Assembly (NCBI RefSeq): GCF_964213995.1
Contig: NC_135823.1
Span: 1,488,001-1,552,000, forward strand
Reading direction: 5' to 3'
Length of the DNA stretch: 64,000 nt
DNA from: Mustelus asterias
Taxonomy: Eukaryota
Part shown: piece after piece, positions 37,067 through 48,384 of the stretch
Layout: every line of letters begins with the position of its first letter
Position numbering within the stretch: position 1 is the first letter of the stretch
The notes under the pieces: model-generated
What the model saw: only the letters and a program-made list of their open reading frames with translations
Told to the model about the DNA's origin: nothing
Database searches by the model: none
Position numbers and translations under genes: made by a program

Positions 37067-37344
37067 TAATTATGACGCAGATTATGTGATCTTGACGGGC
37101 GGACTGTCTCCCGACTTTTCCCGAGCAACTTCGGTTCTATAAGCCGCGCTTTTTCACTTGGACTGTAGACGAGTACCATACCCACGCATATCCTCTTCTC
37201 TCGCCGCTGAAGTTCTGGGATGAGTATAACCACAGTTTGAGAGGCGTCCACCATTAAGATTCATAACGTGCTATTTCCACACTTGGGCTGCAGGTTGAAT
37301 TTTAGATTAATAGAATCCCTTTCATGCAGAAGAAGCCATTTAGA

Positions 37345-39445
37345 CCATAAGACCATAAAACATAGGAGCAGAAATAGGCCACTGGGCCCATCCAGTCTGC
37401 TCCACCATTCAATCATGGCTGATATTTTTCTCATCTCCATTCTCCTGCCTTTTCCTCTGATCCCCTTATTGATCAAGAACCTATCTTTCTTTGTCTTAAA
37501 GGCACTCAATAACCTGGCCTCCACAGCCTTCTGCAGCATTAGAGGTTCACCACTTTCTGGCTGAAGAAATTCCTCCTCATCTCTGTTTTAAAGGATCATC
37601 ACTTTAGCCTGAGTTTGTGCACTCTGGTTCTTGTTTTTCCTACTAGTGGAAACATCCTCTCCACGTCCACTCTATCCAGGACTCGTAATATCTTGTAAGT
37701 TTCAATAAGATCCCCCTCATCCTTCTGAACCCAAACAAGCATGGAGGGCGGTCACAAGTGGAGTGCCCCAGGGATCTGTTCTGGGATCCTTGCTCTTTGT
37801 GATTTTTATAAATGACCTGGATGAGGAAGTGGAAGGATGGGTTGGCAAGTTTGCTGATGGCACAAAGGTTGGTGGTGTTGTGGATAGTGTAGAGGGATGT
37901 CAGCAGTTGCACCGAGACATAGATAAGATGCAAGACTGGGCAGAGTAGTGGCAGATGGACTCCAACCCAGATAAGAGTGTGGTGGTTCATTTTGGCAGGT
38001 CGAATAGGATGATATAATATAATATTAAGGGTAAGACGCTTGGCAGTGTGGAAGATCAGAAGGATCTTGGAGTCCGGGTTCATAGAATGCTCAAAGCAGC
38101 GTCGCAGGTAGAGGCTGTGGTTAAGAAGGCGTATGGAATGCTGGCCTTCATCAATAGGGGAATTGAGTTTAGAAATCGGGAGAGAATAGTGCAGCTGTAT
38201 GGGACCCTGTTCAGACCCCACCTAGCGTACTATGCCTAGTTCTGGTCGTCTCATTACACAAAGGATGTGGAAGCCATAGAAAGGGTGCAGAGGAGATTTA
38301 CAAGGATTTTGCCTGGATTAGTTGGCATGCCTTATGAGGATAGATTGATAAAGAACAAAGAACAGTACAGCACAGGAAACAGGCCCTTCGGCCCTCCAAG
38401 CCTGTGCCGCTCCTTGGTCCAACTAGACCAATCGTTTGTATCCCTCCATTCCCAGGCTGCTCATGTGACTATCCAGGTAAGTCTTAAACGATGTCAGCGT
38501 GCCTGCCTCCACCACCCTACTTGGCAGCGCATTCCAGGCCCCCACCACCCTCTGTGTAAAAAACGTCCCTCTGATGTCTGAGTTATACTTCGCCCCTCTC
38601 AGCTTGAGCCCGTGACCCCTCGTGATCGTCACTTCCGACCTGGGAAAAAGCTTCCCACTGTTCACCCTATCTATACCCTTCATAATCTTGTACACCTCTA
38701 TTAGTTCTCCCCTAATTCTCCGTCTTTCCAAGGAGAAGAGAAGAGATAGAGCTAGGTACTTTCTCCTTCGAGAGGCGAAGGATGAGAGGTGACCTGATAG
38801 AGGTGTATAAGATGTTGTGAGGTATTGATAGAGTGGATCCTCACAGGCTTTTACCCAGGGCGGAAATTGTTGCCACAAGAGGTCACAGGTTTAGCGTGCT
38901 GGGGAGTAGGTACAGAGGAGATGTTAGGGGTACGTTTTCGACTCAGAGGGTGGTGGGTGCGTGGAATCGGCTGCCGGTAGTGGTGGTGGAGGCGGATTCG
39001 ATCGGGTCATTCAAGAGGCTTTTGGATAAGTTCATGGAGGTTAGTAAGATAGAGGGTTATATGTAAGCCTCGTCGGTAGGGACACGTTCGGCGCAACTTG
39101 TGGGCCGAAGGGCCTGTTTCTGCTGTCGCTGTTCTATGTTCTTTGTTCTAAGTGCAGACCCAGAGTCCTCAACTGTTCCTTCATTCGAGGGATCATTCTT
39201 GTGAACCTCCTCTGTACCCCTCCCAAGGCCACCACATCCTTCCTTAGATATGGTGCCCAAAACTGCTCACAATACTCCAAATAGATTCTGACCAGAGCTT
39301 TATACAGCTTCAGAAGTACATCACTGCTCTTGTCCTCTAGCCCTCGTGAAGTAAATGCTAACATTGCATTTGCCTTCCTAACTGCCGACTGAACCTGCAC
39401 GTTAACGTTAAGAGAATCTTGAACAATGTCTCCCAAGTCCCTTTC
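37345..39445. mobile_element. Three-level nested CR1 cluster (-, +, -)
   Basis: Outer - element 37345-37738 plus 39150-39445; middle + element 37740-39150; inner - element 38349-38737. Confidence 0.85.
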
Positions 39446-39509
39446 GTCCATCGAGTCTGCACAGACCCTCTGAGTATCTTACCCAGGTCCTCTCCCTGTA
39501 ATTCTAAAC

Positions 39510-39950
39510 ATTTACTATGGCTCATCCCTGCAACCTACAAATTTTGGGACAGTTAGGGAAATTCAGCATGGCCAAGCCACCTAACCGACACATCATTGGA
39601 CACTAAAGGTCAATTTATCATGGCCTGCCCACATGACCTGCACATCTTTCGACACTAAGGCACAATTTAGCATGGTCAATCCACCTAACCGACACATCTC
39701 GGGGCACTAAGGGGCAATTTAGCATGGCGAATCCATCTAAACTAACTATTCTGGGACACTAAGGGGCAAATTAGCATGGACAACCCACCTAGCCTACACA
39801 TCTTGGAACACTAAGGGAGAATTTAGCACGGACAATCCAGCTAAACTACACATTCTGGGACATTACGGGGCAATATAGCATTACCAACCCACATAACCGA
39901 TACATCTTTGCAAAATAAGGGACAATTTTGCATGGCCAATCCAGCTCATG
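39510..39950 (-). repeat. HE1-derived 52-bp tandem array
   Basis: About 8 units of ggacactaagg...catggccaatccacctaa. Confidence 0.88.
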
Positions 39951-40339
39951 ACATGAATGCAAGTTCCTCCTACTTAATGTCATCCAAGCCTATCCAGCTT
40001 TTCCTCGTAACTTTGCCTCCCGTTGCCATGACGATGCCTTCCGAAGTATCCATAAAAAGGATAAAGTGATCCCGTGACTTCTTATGTCCTCTTACAGGCA
40101 GTGCTGGTGGCGGCAGTGTTGCTGTCCGATATTCTCTACTATCTTGCCCCTCTTTCAAATTCACACTTATCAATGAAGACAGAGTTCTCAAAAATAAGTG
40201 TGATGTTACCATTGACATGGAGAATCTTTTCTCGATTCACCTCCGTCAGCTCTTGGACCAGCCTCTTGCGTGTTTTTGAATCTATCACTCGGTTTAATCT
40301 AACGATACTATGCCTTTAAGAAATGCATTTTATTTCCTG

Positions 40340-40960
40340 AATGAATGATTATTGTTACGTGTATTGGTACACAGTGAAAAGTATTGTTTCTTATGCGCTG
40401 TACAGACAAAGCATAAATTTCATAGAGAAGGAAAGGAGACAGGGCAGAATGTGATGTTATCGTCATAAATTGCATGTGGAGAAAGATCAGTTTGATATTT
40501 TGTAGGTCCATTCAAAAGTCTGATGGCAGCCGGGAAGAAGCTGTTCTTGAGTCGGTTGGTACGTGACCTCAGACCCTTGTATCTTATTTCCCAACAAAGA
40601 AAAAGGAGAAGAGAGTACTTAAGGCTGTGTGGGGTCCTTGATAATGTGGGGTGCTTTTCCCGAGCCAACGGAAAGTATAGAAGGTGTCAATGGATGTGAA
40701 GCTGGTTTGTGTGATGGACTGGGCAACTTTCACAACCCTTTGTAGTTTATTGCGGTCTTGCATAGAACATGAGCCAAACCAAGCTGTACTACATCCGGAA
40801 AGGATGTTTTCTTCAGTGCGTCCGTAAAAATTGATGAGAGACCAAGAAGACATGCCGTATTTGCTTATCCTCCTGAGAAAGTAGAGATGCTGGTGGACTT
40901 CCTTAAACAGAGCATCGGAGTGGAGTGATCAGGACATGTTATTGGTGATCTCAACAGCGA
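40340..40960 (-). mobile_element. Rex/Babar-like LINE 3' fragment
   Basis: NFY..EENILSGCSTAWFGSC...KLQRVVK.AQ and RTNRLKNSFFPAAIRLLN motifs; related copies at 55525-56065 and 58020-58790. Confidence 0.75.
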
Positions 40961-41019
40961 GAAATATGAAGCACTTTCGTTTTCTGTTTGTGTGTCTGCC
41001 TCTGTATTTGTGTGTGCCG

Positions 41020-41046
41020 ATGTATATTTGTGTTTGTGTTTGTGTG

Positions 41047-41110
<64 letters not shown>
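41020..41110. repeat. (TG)n microsatellite
   Basis: Direct observation. Confidence 0.97.
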
Positions 41111-41844
41111 ACTCTATGTCTGGCTCTGTGTCAGATTATCAGTACCTTTGTGGATGTGTAGAATCGCATTGCAACTTTTAGGGAGAAGTAACCTAGTGGT
41201 ATTATAACTCGACTAATCATCCATAAACTCAGCTACTGTTCCTGGGTTCAAATCCCGGACGAGTCCGGAAATGTTTTTGGGCGGCACGGTTGCACAATGG
41301 TTCGCACTGCTGCCTCACAGCGCCAGAGGCCCGGTTTCGATTCCTGGACTGGGTCACTGTCTGTGTGGAATTTGTACATTCTCTCCATGTCTCTGTGGGT
41401 TTCCTCCGGGAGCTCCAGTTTCCTCCCACAGTTCTAAGATGTGCAGGTTAAGTGCAGTGGCCATGCAAAGCTTTCCCTCGGCGTACCCGAACAGGCGCTG
41501 GAGTGTGACGACCAAGGGATTTCACAATATCTTAATTGCAGTGTTAATGTAAAACTACTTGTGACGAATAAATAAATAACTTTACATTTGATATTTGTTA
41601 TTGAATAAAAACTCCACCATATGTTGTGGCGGGAATCGAACCTATCACTGTGAAGACTGGGGAAATCAAAGTGCATTGGAATCTCATTTTGAGTGAACCA
41701 CAAGCCAGTTGTTCATCAATCCAATGCCCACTCTGGCTCTCTCAGCGACTCTATCTTAACGTATCCACCCCCTACCCGAGTCAGTTGGTACCTTGTAGAG
41801 GAGCTACACGATAAATGGCAGAACCATAAAGGGTGTAGAGACGC

Positions 41845-42915
41845 AGAGGGACCTGGGTGTGCAAGTCCACAGATCTTTGAGGTCTGATGTTGTAGATGTA
41901 TAGAATGTTGGTTCGGCCGCATTTGGAATACTGCGTCCAGTTCTGGTCGCCACACTACCAGAAGGACGTGGAGGCTTTAGAGAGAGTACAGAGGAGATTT
42001 ACCAGGATGGAGGGGCTTGGTTATGAGGAGAGATTGGGGAAACTGGGGTTGTTCTCCTTGGAAAGACGGAGGATGAGGGGAGACTTAATAGAGGTGTATA
42101 AAATTATGAAAGGCATAGATAGGGTGAACGGTGGGAAGCTTTTCCCCGGGTCGGTGGTGACGTTCACGAGGGGTCATAGGTTCAAGGTGAAGGGGGGGAG
42201 GTTTAACACAGATATCAGAAGGACATATTTTACACAGAGGGTCGTGGGGGCCTGGAATGTGTTGCCGGGCAAGGTGGTGGAGGCGGACACACTGGGAACG
42301 TTTAAGACTTATCTAGACAGCTATATGAACGGAGTGGGAATGGAGGGATACAAAAGAGTGGTCTAGTTTGGACCAGGGAGCGGCGCGGGCTAATTGTTCT
42401 TTGTTTCTCGTTTCAAGGCTTCATTCTATGATCATCTTGCTGGTGCCAGTACAGAGTGAGACTGCGGATAGTTGGGAAACTGTCTCGGGGGCAGGGAATT
42501 CAGATGGTGTTCGTAAAGCAGAAGTGGAAATGAATAGGGTTGGGAAGCATTTTCTGATCAGGGCCAGTGTGATCTCCTGGACTCGTTTCGATCGCCTCAG
42601 GTGGTCGGAGAGGAATTTCCCAGATTTTATTTCCCCATATTGGCCCTGGGGTTTTCACTCTGGGTTTTCGCCTCTCCCTGGAGATCACATGGTCTGGAAT
42701 GGGGGGTGGTGGGGGTGAGTTAATAGGTTGTGATGAACAAAGCATCGTAGCTGTAAGGGACAGCTCGGTGGATAGGATATTAGGATGTAGATAGGCTGGA
42801 AAATTGGGCGGGGATCCTGGATTCAGGATTCAATCCTGGGCCGGGGAGCGGCGCGGGCTTGGAGGGCCGAAGGGCCTGTTCCTGTGCTGTATTGTTCTTT
42901 GTTCTTTGTTCTTTG
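41845..42915 (+). mobile_element. CR1 3' fragment with a ~450-bp extra cassette in its 3' UTR
   Basis: ORF 41896-42366; cassette flanked by gggagcggcgcgggct direct repeats. Confidence 0.88.
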
Positions 42916-43299
42916 TACCTTCTTGGATATTAATCGATGCCATTCATATACATGAATTTATGTTTGAATATTGTTGGGGGGAGAAACATGATACACATTA
43001 AAAGGAACATTTTCTGTCTATTGACTTATTTCTTACTTTCAAAAATATTGTCTAAATTCAAGAGTGCTTTTGATGGCCTGAGATTCCATATTTACTTCAA
43101 GGTGAACACTAGATTCGCATCTTGTTGCAGTTAGATATAATGTTCAGATTTAGAAGTTGAGTGATTGAACTGGGGGTTGTTGCAACTTCATGCGGTTTTG
43201 TCAATACCAAGCAAGGAGAAGCAAAAGGGGCAGATTTGATTGACCTAAATTTGACATCACCTTTCTTCTGCCTATTCTTTAATGGCATGAGAGTATCAC

Positions 43300-44705
43300 T
43301 GGCAATGCCGGCATTTGTTGCCGCATTGCCCGTGAACCAAATGAATTGTAGGTCAATGGTGAGGACAGTTAATTTCAACCTCGTTGCTCGAGCAATGAGT
43401 GCTTGTTCGGCCATCGAGGCGGGCAGTTTGCTGGCACCCTAATTTCCCTTGCGTTGAGTGTTTGTTTGACCGTTGGATAGGCACAGTCACTCATATGTCC
43501 CTGGAACTGATTACTTTCTGAGTCATAGAAACATAGAATCTCGACAGAACAGAAGGAGGCCATTCGACCCATCGAGTCTGCACTGACCACAATCCCACCT
43601 AGCCTCCATCCTCGTAGCCCCGTGTATTCACCCTGCTAGTCCCCTGACACTAAGTGGCAATTTAACATAGCCGAACAACCTAACCTGCACATGTTTGGGC
43701 TGTGCGTGGAACCCTGGGCTCCGGACACAATGTGAACATGTAGACTCGATATAGACGGTGACTCAAGCCAGGATTCGAACCCAGAACCCTGGGGCTGTGA
43801 GGAAGAAATGTGCACCATTTTGCAACCATGATGGTCATTTGCGAGGTCACTTTACTGGCACCTTCTTACTCCAGAGCTGAGTTCCTGTTGGCTCACTGGG
43901 GAGAGCAGTTTACTGGCATCCGAATTTCATAGAATCTTAGAAACTCTACAGTACAGAAAGAGGCCATTCGGCCTATCGAGTCTGCACCGACCACAATCCC
44001 ACCCAGGCCCTACCCCCATATCCCTACATATTTTACCCACTAATCCCTCTAATCTACGCATCCCAGGACACTAAGGGACAATTTTAGCATGGCCAATCAA
44101 CCTAACCCGCACATCTTTGGACTGTGGGAGGAAACCGGAGCACCCAGAGGAAACCCACGCAGACACGAGGAGAATGTGCAAACTCCACACAGACAGTGAC
44201 CCAAGCAAGGAATCGAACCCAGGTCCCTGGAGCTGGGAACCAGCAGTGCTAACCACTGTGCTACCATGCCGCCTTTGAGATATGTGCTTGTTGGGCCGTT
44301 GTTTAGGCAGTTAAATTCAGTCTTCTTGCGCTTGGTCTGAGTGCATGGTGGGCCATTGGAGAGGGCAGTTTTCTGGCACCCTCATTGCTTTAGAACTCTG
44401 TACTTTGCTGGACCACGGAAGAGGCAGTAAAAAGTCACCCTCATTTCCCTTGAACTGAGAGCCTGCGGGACCATTGGGAGCGCAGTTAATAGTCACACTC
44501 ATTTCCCACGAACTGAGTGCTTGTTTGGTCATTGGAGAGAGCAGCCTGCTGTCACCCTCATTGCTCCTGGAATTGGTGCCTTGTTAGGCCAATGGGGAGG
44601 GTAATTTGCTGGCACCTTCACTGCCCTCGAGCTGAGCGCTTGTTGGACCATTGGAGAGGGCAGTTTACTAGCACCCTCATTACTCTGGAACTGAGCTATT
44701 GGAGA
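43300..44705. repeat. About 59-bp degenerate minisatellite interrupted by two SINEs (about 43523-43830 and 43928-44272)
   Basis: ccattggagagggcagtttgctggcaccctcattgccctggaactgagtgcttgttgg-like units at 59-bp spacing (44353, 44412, 44471...). Confidence 0.8.
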
Positions 44706-45444
44706 AGGAAGCTTAGAGTCAGCCGGATTGGATGGCTGGAATCACATGCAGTCCGGCCAAGCAAGGATTGCAATTTTCCTTCCCTGAAGGTCATTATCGG
44801 ACAAGCTGAGTTTTACGTGGCAACCAATGGTAGTTATATTCTTTCAATGCCAGTGTTAATATTTGAAGTTAAATTTCCACCAGCTGCCCTCGTGGATGTG
44901 TACTCCTGCCTTCAGTTATTAAGCTCGACTTCTAAATTGCTAAACCAATGACATAACCAACGCAGCAACACGTCTGCCCCCGACCTTTATTTTCCTTAAG
45001 CAACAACCATCATATTCTTTGTTGTCTTTCCCCCTCCTTCCCTTGAGAGAAAATACTCTGCTGCTATATGCTTCATGTATGAAAGAGCGTTAAAATACTG
45101 CACTTGGAGTCTTCGTACCGGTATAGCCATTAGTCACATTGTTGACGTTTATTGATGTGAAAACAAAACACATTAATAGCATGACAGAGACAGAAATGTA
45201 GATTAGTGGCTGAATTTATTCCAGAATGAATTATTGGAGCCAGCAAGCTTCAAACGGGCAGGGATAACTTTTCTCATTCTATTCCCAGAATAAGGACAAT
45301 CCAGAGGAGGGCAATTGCAGCGAGAAACACACGATTTGGCAATGAATTTGATGTTCCATTAAATTCTGGAAAACGATAAATAAATTAGAATATCATTGAG
45401 AATTCTCTTACAAGCTGTGCAAAAACGAGTACCGGCCCACTCAC

Positions 45445-45609
45445 GTCTGTCCCCCCTCCAAATATCAGACAGACGCAGCTACAGGAACCTTTAGCGCGGG
45501 AATTCCAGAGCGCAGGGATGTTAATGACAGCCACCAGTAGTGGACAGAGGAAACCGGGTGATACTCAAGAGGCTAAGTTTCGCATTTTTGTGATTGTGGC
45601 GTTGCTGGT
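45445..45609 (-). pseudogene. Decayed exon downstream of the LRC-like Ig exons (TM exon with Arg, or relic Ig domain)
   Basis: Unique CpG-rich island with acceptor ttgcctctcag and donor GAC|GTGAGT. The phase-1 frame reads ...KLSLLSITRF.. then TAA (45521-45523). The +1 frame reads LCPLLVAVINIPALWNSRAKGSCSCVCLIFGGGTD. Confidence 0.35.
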
Positions 45610-45649
45610 CTGAGAGGCAATTTAACCAGCAAGTTCCGAGGGGTGATTA

Positions 45650-47265
45650 AGAACATAAGAACATATGAACTACGAGCAGGAGTAGACCATCTGGCCCCAC
45701 GAGCCTGCTCCATCATTCAATAAGATCATGGCTGATCTTTACATAGACTCAGCTCCACTAACCTGCATGGGCACCATAATCCTTAATTCTTTAAATGTTC
45801 AAAAATCTATCTATATTTTCCTTCAAAACATTCAACGAGGCAGCCTCAACTGTTTCACTCGGCAGGGAATTCCACAGATTCGCCACCCATTGGGTGAAAA
45901 AGTTCCTCCTCAACTCAGTCATATATTTGCTCTCCCTTATTTCGAGGTTATGCCCGCTTGGGGATACAACCTCTGTGCGTCCATTGCATCTGTGCCCTTC
46001 ATAATTTCATATGTCCATTTAAGATCCCTCCATGATTCTTCTCAATTCCAATGAGCATAGCCCCAGTCTACTCAGGCTCTCCTCATATTTCAATCCTCTC
46101 AACTCCGGAATCAACCTAGTGAATTTCTTCTGCACCCTTCCAGTGCCAGCATATTCATTCTCAGGTAAGGAGACCAAAACTGTACACAGTCTCCAGGTGT
46201 GACCTCACCAGCACCCTATACAGCTCCACCATAACCTCCCTGTTTTCAAATACTGTCCCTCTCGCAATGAAGAAGAAAATTACATTTGCGTTCTTAATTA
46301 CCTGTTGCACCAGCAAACCAACTTTTTGGGATTCATGCATTCGGACGCCCAGGTTTCTCTGCACAGCAGCATGCTGGCTTTTTTCTGTACCATTTAAACA
46401 ATTGTACATTTAGCTGTTACTCCTAACAAAACGAGTGACCTCACATTTACCAACAGTGCAGTCCGTCAGCCAGACCCTTGTCCACTCACTTAAGCTATCT
46501 AAATCACTCTGCAGCCTTTCAGTGTCCTCTGCAAACTTTGTTCTCCAACTCATCTTAGCTTTTTTCTGCAATTTTTGACACACTACACTTGGACCCCAAC
46601 TCCAAATCATCTATGTAAATTGCAGTCATAATAATGATCCCAGAGGCACACTTTAATCACCGATCGCCAACCAGAAAAAAAAACACCCCTTATCCCCCAC
46701 TCTTTGCTTTCTGTTAGTTAACCAATCTGCTCTCCATGATAATACATTACCCGTAACACCTTGCACCTTTAATTTTTGTAGCAGTCTTTGGTGCGGCACA
46801 TTGTCGAATGCCTTCTGGAAATCTGGATACACCACATCCACCGGTTTCCCATTGTGCACCGCGCTTGTAATGTACTCAAGGAATTCCAATAAATTAGTTA
46901 GACATGGCCTGCCTCCCATGAACCCATGATACGTCTTCCCAATGTGACAATTTATATCCAGATGTCTCGCAATTTCTGCCTTGATGATAGATTCAAGCAT
47001 TTTCCCAACTATAGACATTAAGCTAACCGGTTTATAGTTACCCACCTTTTGGCTACCTCCTTTTTAAACGGTAGTTTGACACTTGCTGTTTTCCAGTCTG
47101 GCCCAACCGCCCGAGAGTCCAGCAAATTTTGGAAAATTATCACTCGTGCATTTGGTATTTCTCCCTCCTCCTTTAGTACCCTGGGATGCATTCCATCAGG
47201 GCAAGGAGACTTGCCCACCTTTAGCCGCATTAGCTGGCCCAACATTACCTCTTTAATGATAATGA
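45650..47265 (-). mobile_element. Degraded CR1 (same family as 17077-19188)
   Basis: KSPCPDGMHPR and DFQKAFDNVPH motifs; agaacataagaac tail. Confidence 0.9.
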
Positions 47266-47459
47266 ATCACATGCATGTTCGAACCTGGGACCGCAGGAAT
47301 ATTGGTTCAGTTGAACTTTACAGGGGTAGTATATTTAAGATGAATGAAAATGTCAAGTCTGGGGGTAACAACAGCACATGAATGAGGGTTGTGAATCAGA
47401 TGAGCTAAGAGGCGGGTGAGTTGCGTGCAACACGAGAAGTGCAAATGGTAGATTTTTTA

Positions 47460-48030
47460 CTCATTCCTGGGAATGGGCTTCGCTGGATGGGGAAGTATTT
47501 TTTGCCCGTCCTCAATTGACTCTGTGAAATTGGTGGTGAGCTGCATTCTGAAATGTTGCAGTCCATCTGCTATGGGATGACCCTCAATGCCATTCGGGAG
47601 GGAATTCCAGGACTTTGACACAACAGCTGCGAAGGAACGGCCGATATATTTCCAAATCGGGATGGTGTGTGGCTCATCGGAGACCTTGCAGCTGGTGACG
47701 TTCCATTTGTCTGCTGCCCTTTGTCCTTCTAGATGGAAGAGGTCGTGTGTTTGGAATGTGCTCTCTCAGGATCGTTGGTGAATTGCTTCAGTGCATCTTA
47801 CAGATAGTAGAGACTGCTGGTAATGAAAGTCAGTGGTGGAAGGATTGAATGTTTGTAGTTGTCGTACCAATCAAGCGGTCTGATTTGTCCTGGGTGATGT
47901 CAAGCTTCTTGAATGTTGTTGAAGCTGCACTCATTCAGTTAAGTGGGGAATATTTCATCACAGTCCTGACATGTGCCTTGTCAGTGGTGGACAGGCTTTG
48001 TGGAGTCAGGAGGTGAATTTACTCACCACA
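47460..48030 (-). mobile_element. L2-type LINE 3' fragment
   Basis: Reverse complement of the family at 12625; another copy at 62610-63470. Confidence 0.7.
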
Positions 48031-48384
48031 GTATTATTATGCATGGGCATATTGAGTGCAGGTGCATGGTACCATCTCCAAGTCACACACCATTCTGTTT
48101 TGGAACTAACGAACATTACATTTGCTGCCATTTAGTGAACTGCCTCCCTCACAGCACTGTGGGTGTAACCGAACAAGATGCACTGCAGCGGTTCAAGGAA
48201 CCAGCTCACCACCATCTTCTTAAGTAGGAATTAAGGATGGACAATACATGCTGGACTGGCAAGATACCAGGAGCAAAGATTTAAAAATGTGTTTGGAACC
48301 ATAACCCTGAATCAAGGCACACACCGAAAATCTTCACATATTTAAGTCTCTAATCAATTGGAACGGGGTGGGATTTGGCCAAAG

